A stretch of DNA of 64,000 nucleotides from Camelus dromedarius (Eukaryota): contig NC_087437.1 of NCBI RefSeq assembly GCF_036321535.1, positions 71,984,001 through 72,048,000 of the forward strand, given 5' to 3'. The translations under genes and the position numbers were made by a program. Each line of letters starts with the position of its first letter. The first letter of the stretch is position 1. This document shows, one piece after another, positions 53,150 through 64,000 of this stretch. The notes under the pieces are model-generated. The model saw only the letters and a list, made by a program, of their open reading frames with translations, did not search any database and was not told where the DNA came from.

Positions 53150-53900
53150 CAAACTTGTCACCTCAGATTGAATTTACAGATTTCTCCTCCTGGCTTCCAA
53201 GTTGTGAATAATTATCCAGTCAGAACAATCTGGTGTTCTGTTTCTCTGCTTCTTCCCTTAGGTAGCTCTTCCATCTGGTCAACTATCAGTCAAAACTTTC
53301 TCTGCATCTAGTCCCTTCTTTTAGTTCCGGCTGCCATCTCTTTTTTCAGGCCTTGTCAACTTTTAGTTGTCTTGCAATCCTGACTGATCTTTCCTCCTCC
53401 AGTCTTTCCTCCATGCTGGCATATTCATGTGTACCAAAGCCAGGTTAATCATCCTGAAACACAGCTTTGGTTGTTACTGGTCCTCCACTGCCTCCTGAAT
53501 AAAGACTAAACCTCTGAGCTTAGCTAACAAGACCTTTTGTGATCCTGCTCTTCAGCTTTCCTTAGCTCAGGCTTCTCTCTGGTCTTTATCTTCATACACT
53601 TTCTATTCCAAGGAACCTGAACTCTTCATGAATCCTACTCACCACACTCGTTCCTTCCTGAGCCTTGCTCACCTGGTCCTGTATGTTCAGAAAGCCCAGT
53701 CCCTCCATTGCTTTCTTCCTGTCTGTGGCACTTACAGGCTGTTGAAATTTAGTACTTAACAATTTACTATCTTGTTTTAATAGTTTCACTATTAGAAATC
53801 ATGTTGCTTCAGAAAAATTATCATCTTGAGAATAATCTTATTCTTACCTTGGTCCCCTTTATAGCATTAAGCACATCCTGACATATAGTAAATTCTTAGT
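53150..53900 (+). mobile_element. L2 fragment in NEPRO intron 2
   Basis: Pyrimidine-rich L2-like text ending AGCACATCCTGACATATAGTAAATTC. Confidence 0.5.
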
Positions 53901-54107
53901 CATAAACTGATTTGAGAAGTTTACTTGGCTGGATAAATTTCAAAATTTTAACCGGAAGCAATACGCTTTGGGCTGCAGGTTTCTTTACCCTTAAAAAAAA
54001 AGGCATTCTGTGGTATTCAGTGTATTTCTGTACTTCGAAATTTTGCATCTCTTTGTTCTCCTGGTCACATCAGCGGCCTTGTCTGTATAATATACATATG
54101 AATTTGA

Positions 54108-54206
<99 letters not shown>

Positions 54207-54579
54207 TAAGTGGTCCATCTGCTTTGCAGTGGGCTTTGTGGTGGGCTGGGAACTCAGTGACTTGCTGTGACCTTGCTTTAGACTTTCCTTTGATTATTAC
54301 TGGAATATAAACAATTATACCTCAGCTGTACAAACTTTGTTTTAATAAAGGGCCCCTGGTATTTGTGGTAATCTTCTCTTGGCCTTTAGGAGGGAATAGC
54401 ATGACACTGAAATCAGGGTCATGATAAGTTATATTGAAACATCAGTGTCAGTCAACTTCAGTGAGTCATTAAGCATCACTACCTCAAACTGAGCTTAAAG
54501 CAAGTCTGCACTTGAAAACTGCTATATAAGTGCTTTATATTTAAGAATGAAAGTAATGTACTTTTCTGTTTTTGTCAAG

Positions 54580-54711
54580 TGAAAATCAGCCTGTAGCTAC
54601 CAGAGCATGTGTCATCCCCAGCCAACCAGTGGTGGAATTCGTGTTGATGAAGATTTTAGGAGCCTGCAAGTTGCTGCTACGCCTTTTGGACTGTTGCTGC
54701 AAGACATTTCT
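54580..54711 (+). CDS. NEPRO: NEPRO coding exon 4 ([45 protein letters not shown])
   Basis: Acceptor TGTCAAG|T, donor CT|GTATCCTT (U12-type). 132 nt, phase 2/2. Confidence 0.94.
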
Positions 54712-55233
<522 letters not shown>

Positions 55234-55619
55234 TGAAATGCTTCATTTCTTTTTCATCTCTTTAACTCAGCCTAGGTTTCTCATTACTGGTTTTCATGTT
55301 TGCTTTCCCATGGGGTGCTGAAGGTGCAGGAATTCTGTTTCTTCATTTCATCAGAGTTTATCTGTGGTGGATTGGGAAGCTAAGTGTTGATGGTTATGTC
55401 AAAAGACTAGGCTTTGAATCTGAAGCCATGAATTAACCTCATCACTAAACAATTAAGCAAGTGAATTGCTAGGATTAGCAACTGGAATTAACAAAAGAAA
55501 AAATGGTTACTGTAATCGTTCAGCAGGTGGGTCATTTAAAATGAAGCTGTTCCCAGGCAGTCTGTATCATTTGATTCTGCCACTTGGTTTCTAATTTTTT
55601 TTAAAAACCAATGTTGTGT

Positions 55620-55772
55620 TAATTTTTTTGTAAGTTTTTAAATTTTTTATTAATTTTCTTGGAGGGGAGGTAATTAGGTATGTTTGTTTGTTTAGAATGG
55701 AGGTACTGGGGATTGAACCCCACTACATGCTAAGCCTGCTGCGCTCTATTGGGAGCTATATCCTCCCCCCCC
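55620..55772 (-). mobile_element. tRNA-derived SINE (Vic-1-like) in NEPRO intron 5
   Basis: GGAGGTACTGGGGATTGAACCC...GAGCTATATCCTCCCC, homologous to the other two copies. Confidence 0.8.
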
Positions 55773-56543
55773 CGGCAGTGACCTTCTTTATGTGGTCTAG
55801 ATTCCTTTCTTCCACCTGAAAAACACCTGCTTTTTGAGACATAGTTGAAGTAAAGATCACTGGTAATACTAGTTGCAGACCTTCCCTTTCACCTCACAAT
55901 ATATTATGAAACTTATTTGATGGATAATTGGACTCAAAAATCTGCCTAAATTTATAAGGAGAACTATTTTTGTCCATTTTAAACAATGGGGGTGATTAGC
56001 TCTTATTTGAATGAAGAGAAAAAGAGAATCCTCTTGTTTTGATATCGTAACCTGGGTATCTCAAGTACTATTTCCAATCATCTTGTTTTTTATTCTGCTT
56101 ATTTTTAGAACTAATAATGTTAGAATTACTAATCATATTATTTTAAAGTGTCAAGCATTCATTATTCTTTTCTATAATGAAAATAGCTTGAATTTTTGCT
56201 GATTACAATAATACATGCTTAAGAAAATTTTAAAAACAAAAAATGTGAAGAACCTGAAATTTGTCTAAAATCTCACCATCAAGATAAGACCACACTTAAG
56301 ATTTTGATGTACATCCTGTGAGATGTATCTCCATGTAGTACTTTATTTGGCTTTATATATATAACATTTTATACTTGGATTTTTCTGTTCGGGCTGGACT
56401 AATCTTGGCTCTTTGAAAGTATGTACTAAAAGCGGGCAGATTGACAGACATTATTTTCAGCCTTGAATCTGTTATGGTTATTATGTCATCTGTAAATTAT
56501 AACTACTGGCTAATCGATGAGGTCCTGTTTCTTCTTTCTCTAG

Positions 56544-56905
56544 GGTTCTCTATAAAGATGTTTTAAAAAGACTGATTTCTTTATATGAGCCATTGTTTGG
56601 ATTACTTCAGGAGGTCTCCAGGATTCAACCATTGCCTTACTTCAAAGGTTTCACCTTTCCTTCTGATATTGCTGAATTTTTAGGAGAGCCCTATTTTGAA
56701 GTCTTTAAGAAAAAAATGCCTATAGCTTTTGCAGCTAAAGGAGTAACTAAATTGCTAAATAAACTGTTTTTAACAAAAGAGCAATCACAAAGGTCCAGTG
56801 AGGAAACTTTACTTAGAATTTCCAAAAAATCTAAACAAATGAAGATCGATATACAGAATAATGTGGATCTTGGACAGCCAGTAAAGAAAAAGAAAATCTT
56901 AAAAG
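56544..56905 (+). CDS. NEPRO: NEPRO coding exon 6 ([24 protein letters not shown]...[11 protein letters not shown])
   Basis: Acceptor TTCTCTAG|G, donor AAG|GTAATT. 362 nt; overlaps ORF 56593..56919. Confidence 0.96.
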
Positions 56906-57237
56906 GTAATTTGCTTTGATATGGTACATACTCTAAAAAAAAAAAACCAAAAAACCTGCTGAAATTACAGTATAGTTACACATTGTATAGGAAGAAATTC
57001 AGCATCTCGCTAATTAATTTTAACTCACATTAATTATCTTTAGAGAGGCATGATAATACCTGCGTTTTTAAACTTAAGCATTTAGTTATTTGTTTCTGTT
57101 GCTTCATAGTTCTTGGCTTGCTTAATTCCCTTTATTTCTTTTGTAGTAGTTTGGCAATGTTTTCTTGCACTTAAGAATTTGTTGATTTGAAAAGAGTTGC
57201 CTAAGTTTTTATATCTGTGATCTTCCCATCTCCACAG

Positions 57238-57299
57238 AAGAATCATCAGAATTTGATGTGAGGGCTTTCTGCAAACAGCTGAAACATAAAACTATTCAG
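57238..57299 (+). CDS. NEPRO: NEPRO coding exon 7 (EESSEFDVRAFCKQLKHKTIQ)
   Basis: Acceptor CCACAG|AAG (NAGNAG), donor CAG|GTTTGT. 62 nt. Confidence 0.93.
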
Positions 57300-57579
57300 G
57301 TTTGTTTGACTTACTTTAATACAGCTTATGACTTCTGCTAATTTGTAGAGTAGATGCCACTTACCAAGGGCAGAGACTGAATCTTACTTCTACTTTTGAC
57401 CCCAGCCCTAAGCATAGTGCCATCTTAGTTCTCAACCTAAGCTTCTGAATGAATAGAGGCACTCCCAAGGGGTTTGAGTGCCTCTAGTTAATTCAGTTAG
57501 TAGAATGCCTTCAGAAACATTTTACTAAGAGTTTTGCTTTATGCTAGAATTTTAAAATGATCCTAGGATCCATCATAGG

Positions 57580-57830
57580 AGTGGACTGTACTGCTTTAAA
57601 GTATGAGTTTTGCAGTCAGACAGAAATGGTTTGAGTCCTGGGTTTGGTTTCTCCTAGCTGTGTGACCTTATGTAAGTTTCTTGACCTTCCCTACCTCTAT
57701 TTTCTAATAATAGTATGTACCTCATAGAGTTGTGCCAGTTTTAGTGCATGTATAGTGTTCAGCACAGAGTCTGGAGTATGGTAAGCACCTAACTGATGTT
57801 AGATGTTGTTAGCTATTTTCATCATTATCA
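57580..57830 (+). mobile_element. MIR SINE
   Basis: GCAGTCAGACAG...CTAGCTGTGTGACCTT...ACCTCATAGAGTTGT core. Confidence 0.75.
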
Positions 57831-58168
57831 CTATCCTCATCCTTTGTCATGAGGCTTCTATTTCTTTCTTCCTGTCAGAGTTCAAGCTTTAACATGATTC
57901 CTCTTCTTGCCCAGTGTCTGTAAATTCTGTTTGTTTGGACCTAGCACAAATAACATCAGTGTCACCCTCTTTCATCACTAACTTCTTGACTTCTTTTATC
58001 CTCTCTTCTCAAAATTGTTTTCTTCCGGTTTCCTACATGGGTTATTTCTTCCATTCTATTCAAGAATCCTTAATCATTTATAGTAAGTCAGAGTACTTTC
58101 CTGAAGGTTTACCCGGATTCCAGCTTGCATTTACATTTTGTCCAGTTCATGAGTTCCAGAGGGAGACG

Positions 58169-58440
58169 ACATCATCATCACCATCATCATCATCACCACC
58201 ATCATCATCCCTATACTGCATTTACTCTTGCCAGGCATTGTTCAAAACAGTTTGTATGTATTAACTCATATAATCCTTGCAAAAGCCCTGTGAGTTACAT
58301 ACTGTTATTCTTGTTTCCATATTTCAGGTGAAAAAATTGAGGCATAGAAAGGACAAGAAATTTGCTCAGGCCACACAGCAGATACAGGGCAGAGCTGGGA
58401 TCTGAACACAGGCAGTTTGGTTTCACAGTCTTTGTTCTTT
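58169..58440 (-). mobile_element. MIR SINE with (CAT/CAC)n tail
   Basis: CATATTTCAGGTGAAAAAATTGAGGCATAGA...TTGCTCAGGCCACACAGC. The microsatellite at 58169-58209 explains the poly-His ORF. Confidence 0.75.
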
Positions 58441-59409
58441 TTTGTTACACTAGTCCCCCAAATAGTTCTGTCAGCTCTCTCTTAAGAACTGTGGCTCTCT
58501 GTGACCCTTGAGATTTCTGCAGTCCATCCACCTGATCCTAGGTGAGCTGGTCCCAGCATCCCTCTTATTCATGACCAATCACTACCACATTTTTAGCGTT
58601 TAGCACCAGTATGCTAAAGTTTTAGTCAAACTTCTTTTATTGAGCTCCAACACAAAGTATTGATAGGTCTCCACCTTTCATATTTCCTACTACTTTTTAA
58701 TATTTTTTGAGAGAGATATTTGGAAGAAGGTAAGTTTTGAATGGAGTATAGAAGAAGACCTAAAGGTGGCACATTTTAATAAACAGTAAAAGTTGATAAA
58801 ATTCAAACTTGACTTTATACAGAAAGATGAGGTTGAAGAGACAAAGGTGCCACATCAAAAGATGACTGAATTGGAAATGTTGCTCAATTAAGCATTTTTA
58901 ATATACATTCAGCAATCATCCCCATCTTCACACGTTTTCAGTAACATTTATGACCCATCATTGAGGACGGTGACTCAGGATATAGAAATAAATGAAAAAC
59001 AAGCTGTGGTAGCCCAGTATAGAGGAAAAGGACTCTTCAGTTTTTGGGTTTTTTTTCCCTACCAGATAGGTTTTGACCAGTACTTAATCATGTGGACTTT
59101 TATTCTTATGTGTAGGTTAAATAAATAGACAGGTATGGAAATACTTATATTGCTACCTGTGTACAACTGAATTCAGCTACAGATGGGATCTACTGTAGCA
59201 GAGGGGGGAGGAAACCTTGTGTTAGGAGCAGAGAATAAAAAATTTAAGACAAAAGGAAAGCATAGTGAGCTGGAAAAAAACTTGTTTCCTTCTTTTAAAA
59301 AGACGTATTTTCAAATTTTGATAGTCTATGAGTCAGCTTTTCTCTGTTGTCATATATTTGTAAGTCTTTAACAAATCCAATATATTTTTATCACCTTTCC
59401 ACATTTCAG

Positions 59410-59663
59410 ACTAACTTTGAGTTTAAATGTTCTCAATCCAAATTAAAGGCAACCAAACATTCTTGGAAAGCAATAGGAACTCCCTGTGTGAAAAGTTTTG
59501 TGCAAAGATTCCAAGAAGCTGAGACTTTCATAGAACTTTCTAAAGAAATCCAAATGGCGATTCAGTGGTGTAGGAGCAAAAAACTCAAGGCTCAGACCAC
59601 CTTTCTGGGTAGTAAACTTCTTAAAAGCAACCGGCTTAAACATGTGGAAGCTCAAGGCTATAG
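59410..59663 (+). CDS. NEPRO: NEPRO coding exon 8 ([13 protein letters not shown]...[13 protein letters not shown])
   Basis: Acceptor TTTCAG|ACT, donor AG|GTAAGT. 254 nt. Confidence 0.95.
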
Positions 59664-61865
59664 GTAAGTATATTACAAAAATTACATTCCTTTACTTTTT
59701 TTGTTACCATTTAGGGCACAAGTACATATATTCAAGTTAGCTGCCTTTAAAATGGGATGTCCAGTAAGCTGGGGGCTAAAATTAGGATCTGCTCAAACAA
59801 ATTCTGTTTACTGCTTTTGTTGGGCAAATCTATATATATCATTGGGAGGAAGAAAGTAAACTTGGTTAATTGGATTATTCACTTATACCCTTCACCATTC
59901 CATCCTTTCATTCAGAAAGTGTTAGGAGTGTCTGTGGTATGCTAAGCCTGGGGATAAGCCAGATTTAATCCTCAGGGAGCTCTAGCTCCACCTCTAGCAG
60001 GAGAGACGGTCAGTCTGCCCACAGCTTCAGCGGGATGACGGTGTGGGAGCAGAAGTGCCTGCCTCCTACAAGGGTGCACCCCAGCCTCTGGGGTCAGGGT
60101 CAGGTAGGTTTTGTTCACAGGAGCTAGATTCTCCATGAATTGATTTCTTCCTTTTCCTGTGATTCTTACATTCTTAGAACTGCTGAAGGATGGTTATCTT
60201 TGGCTGTGAGGCAGTAATACTTGAAACAATACATGAAGTTAAATACTTTAGGGTTCTATGTTTTTATTGAAAAAATAATAGATGCTCATGTTTAACAATT
60301 TGAGACACAAATGGCTTCAAAAATCCTTATCCCCCTTCACAGAGGCAATCACTCTGAGCAGCTTTTTATGTATCTCTGGGCATCCACCATTATTTCTTAT
60401 GTATAGTTACAGACATGTATCTGTTCAGGACTTTACAGTGGTTCCCATGGATGAATCACTTAGTCTAAAATTTGTTAAATTTTCTTTAAAAATTTATGGA
60501 AAAGGTATTTGTCTTAGTAAAAAAATATGATACATTGTGAGAGCTCTGTTTTGATTAAGAGCTGTGGGAGAAGTTAAGTATTCCTAAGGGATGAACTGCT
60601 GGAAGGGTTTATTTACACTGGGCTTCCCCTAAAGGTCTGTAGCCATTTAAAAGGGATCTATTCTAGGGTGGAAACTCAGCCTGAGATTGAGCTGTTTGTT
60701 CAGGATTGCATTTAAAGTCAGGGTAGATGAAGCAGAGATAATTAAAAGTTAATGCAGAGGGTGACAAACTGGTAGTTATTTGATTAAAACATTATTCTAT
60801 ACTCCACAAAAACAGAGCTGCCCTGTTTTGCTATTTCAGTAATATGTTATACGTGTAGTACATTTTATGTTGATTTAATATCCACAATAACTCTGTGAGG
60901 TAGGTAGTAGTATTCACATTGTATAGATGAGGAAATAGAGGATTTTGCTCAGGGTGATAGAATTGGAGATCTAGAACTCAATTCAGATCCTCTGATTCTT
61001 CTATTTTCATTACTTCTATTTCTGTTTCAGTTGAGAAGTACACCTACCCTCTCCTCACTTAAAAATCACCATTTATAGTAAGACTAAATGGTTTGGAAAC
61101 AGAGATCATGCATTACTACATTAAAATGGGCTTCCTCAAACTTCTCTATTTGTTTAAAAAGGAAGAGGAGAGGTTAGGAAGTAGAGAGACTCATGCTAAT
61201 CTTTTGAAATCTGACTATCCCAAAGAGTGAGGCAGTTAGGGAGGTACCTTGTGGCAGTACACCCTGTTCAGAAACAAAACACCTAAAATAATCAGCCATT
61301 TGAGCTCTGAATTCCCAGACTTGAAGATGAAATATGAATCACAATTAGGGTAGCTCAAGGCTGTCATTCTGTCTTTGCCAGAAGCTCTGTTTTCTCATTC
61401 CTCTTCACTTTTACTCCCTTTTTCTTGACTATTTCCTGCTATAATACGAAGCTGTTAATCCACAAATGGGTTGACGCATCCTTGTAAATTTCCCATTTGT
61501 GATACATCTTTCCCCTAGTTCTCCTATTAAAGTATGAACATATTAGCCATTATCAAGGCAAAGCTCTGGCACTGAAATATGGAGATCACCATTCAGCTAC
61601 CTCGCTAGTTACAGGAGCTACTTTATTTTGGTAACATAATGGGGACACATTTGCCAACAATCTGAATCAGAGGGAAGTTGTGCTCTGAAAACACAGATCT
61701 GATTTGAAACTCCTATTCCCTTATTCCTTATGATTCTGGAGTTGTACACAGGCAAAAATATAAATTGTATATTTTTCAGTTGGAAGTTGGCAAAAAGGAG
61801 ACAGAAGTTTTTGAGAATGTCTTTCTGCATCTTAATCTCCAATTTTCCCTCTCTGTCTTTTTAAG

Positions 61866-62328
61866 TTTGCCAAAGAAACTTGAGTGCCTAAAAACGTCTG
61901 TTTGCAACTGCCTTCTTCATGGCTCAGGTAGCAAAACTTCAAAGCATCATCTGAGACGAAGAAGATCACAGAATAAATTTTCAATGAGACGAAGGAAACC
62001 ACAGAGAAAACTGCAGTCGACTCTTTTAAAGGAAGTCCAGCAGCCACCTCAAGGGACTCAGAGTGCTACACACACCAATAAAGGGAGACTCTCACACCCT
62101 GCAGTTCGCAGAACTGATCTCTTTCCTAACAATAAGCAACTCTTGCGTAGAAGAGTTTCAAATCCTGTCATACAAACTAAGGAGAAACAAATACATGAAA
62201 ATGTTATAGGAAGCAATGAAAATGAAACTGATTCTTGGACAATGATGCAAATAAACAAACATAATACAACAGGAACCATTAAGGAGACACACGACATTGA
62301 TGATATTTTTGCTTTGATGGGAGTTTAG
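61866..62328 (+). CDS. NEPRO: NEPRO terminal coding exon 9 ([12 protein letters not shown]...[12 protein letters not shown])
   Basis: Acceptor TTTTTAAG|T. Ends in [14 protein letters not shown] like human NEPRO. Exon sum is 1689 nt = 562 aa + stop. Confidence 0.96.
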
Positions 62329-62479
62329 ATGCTCATATGTAAGACTTTTAAGTAATTAACTAACTGGTCCAGTGTTTTGCTGTTTTAAGTAGAACAGCTG
62401 AGATCTGGAAAGATCTGGAAGTACCACTTGGACTTAGAGCTGCTTTAGTGCAACATTGTACAGCAGTTCATTTCAGTTC

Positions 62480-62485
62480 AATAAA
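62480..62485 (+). terminator. Polyadenylation signal AATAAA of NEPRO
   Basis: About 150 nt after the stop, followed by a T/GT-rich tract (GTTTTGTGT). A second ATTAAA lies at 62530. Confidence 0.7.
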
Positions 62486-62849
62486 CATTTATCATAGTTT
62501 TGTGTCATTTAATCGACAAATATTTGACTATTAAATAGTTTTTGACTCAATTAAGACCTGAATAATTTGGTTTGCAAAACCTATTCTATGCCTTAGGTAA
62601 ATGGGGAGTAGCAACGAAGCACCTAAAAGGTCATTTTACCCTTAATGGCTCCACTGGAGGTAAGTACACCTCTGAACACCCAAGGTTTGTAGATTTTAAT
62701 GGTTGTAGTTTTCTGTATATTAGAATTGATCATCAAAGTTTTGCCACTAATTGTATTACTAGGGAGTGGTCACAGCCATTATTTCACTTCATTTGTTCGC
62801 CTTATCTCATTGGAGGGCATATTAAAATGCTTTTGGAGTTCTCCAAAAG

Positions 62850-63258
62850 TGTGGTGAGACCTCCCATGTGTCACTTCAAATCCTCTTGGCCTCTTACTTA
62901 AGCCACTACTATGGCAACCAGTTTCAAGTAGGATTGGACCTTGCCTTCTGGCCTTCTGTTCCAGAGACCTCTCCCTGCCTCCTGGCTTCTGACAAGCTAC
63001 AGGAACCACGTGGGTACAGCCTGGAAGAGGTATGGGGCTGCCCTCTAACTCCCTTCAAAGACAATCCAGAGGCACATTTCAAAGGACTCCTCAGGTCCCT
63101 CAAGACCAAGCCCCATCACCCTATGTGGTATGTGACTCAGTGCATTTGACTGGCTTTCCATCTGTTTCATTTCTCTGTCACTCCTGTTCCCCAATAAACT
63201 ACTGCATGCAAGCTTTTATTCTGAGCTCTCCTTTTAGAACCAGAAACAAGGCTAAGAC
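62850..63258 (+). mobile_element. Old ERVL-type solo LTR (LTR16-like) downstream of NEPRO
   Basis: TGTGGTGAG start, CCCAATAAAC at 63190, terminal GCTAAGACA. Confidence 0.6.
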
Positions 63259-64000
63259 AAGCAATAAAGGAACACTAACAGAAAGATGACTTCTAAGATA
63301 ATTCTATTGTTACTATATATTTTACTTTGTGAATTCCTACAGTCTTTTTTTTAAAGCTTAAAACATTGCTAGTTAGAATAGACCAGCATGTCAATTCTAA
63401 AACTGAAAATATATTCAGAACTGAATTTTCTAAAAAAAAGCTACAAAGCTGTTTTACAACCTTAATTTTTTCTCCAGTGCTATTGCTATGACCTTTTAAC
63501 AGCAAAGCCACTTACAAGAATAGGTCAGTAGCATCTTCATAAAAATACTTTCCATTAACATTCATTCAGAGTAAGGCTTTTATCTTTCCATTCTGAATCT
63601 TAATGTATCAATTCTAAATTGCCCCATCAACTTTTTTTTCTCTTACCCTTTGCAAATCACTTTTCTCACCTAAAACTAGTTTTTTTTTTTGTCTTTGACT
63701 ACATAAGATATTATTTCCTCCACATGTTTTCTGTGATAAATCCACCTGTGCATCTTGCTGTATACCTGGGTTGGTTTTGCTTTACAGATATGTAGAATAT
63801 ACTGATGTCTTTTTCACATTTTAATTTTCATAGCTTCTAAGGTAAGAGTTAACAAAAGAAATCCAGAGAACTCAAGTAATCTGCCCAATTTCCAACATAT
63901 AGTAAATATTAGAACTGGAACTTGAATTCTAGTCTTCTGATTCTGAATCCTGTGGTCACCTGAAGGTGAAATGACTGGCGTTTCCAGCATGGACTGACTG

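Noticed and set aside
58125..58331. Poly-His ORF
   Set aside because: Translation of a (CAT/CAC)n microsatellite at a MIR tail in intron 7.

Overview
Mammalian genomic DNA, most likely camelid (alpaca/camel type), judged from three tRNA-derived Vic-1-like SINEs and artiodactyl-type L1 3' ends. The only protein-coding gene I can support is NEPRO (C3orf17) on the + strand. It has 9 coding exons from ATG 50376 to TAG 62328; the splice phases close into a 1689-nt CDS (562 aa), and it starts in a CpG-island promoter. The first ~50 kb is intergenic: old MIR/L2/MER/MaLR/ERVL repeats, several L1s and a few non-repetitive blocks that look like enhancers. The best observations are: (1) a U12-type (minor spliceosome) intron 4 in NEPRO whose retention gives an immediate stop; (2) a tailless tRNA-Tyr 5'-half retrocopy with a perfect 17-bp TSD; (3) a GC-box/E2F tandem array in the NEPRO core promoter; (4) an L1 whose 5'UTR is joined directly to the ORF2 C-terminus; (5) an extended CTCF site; (6) a ~100-bp tandem duplication carrying a 22-bp palindrome. 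I found no convincing evidence of a wholly new multi-gene system. Repeat family names and boundaries come from recalled consensus sequences and are approximate. Nearly all ORFs in the supplied track are spurious.
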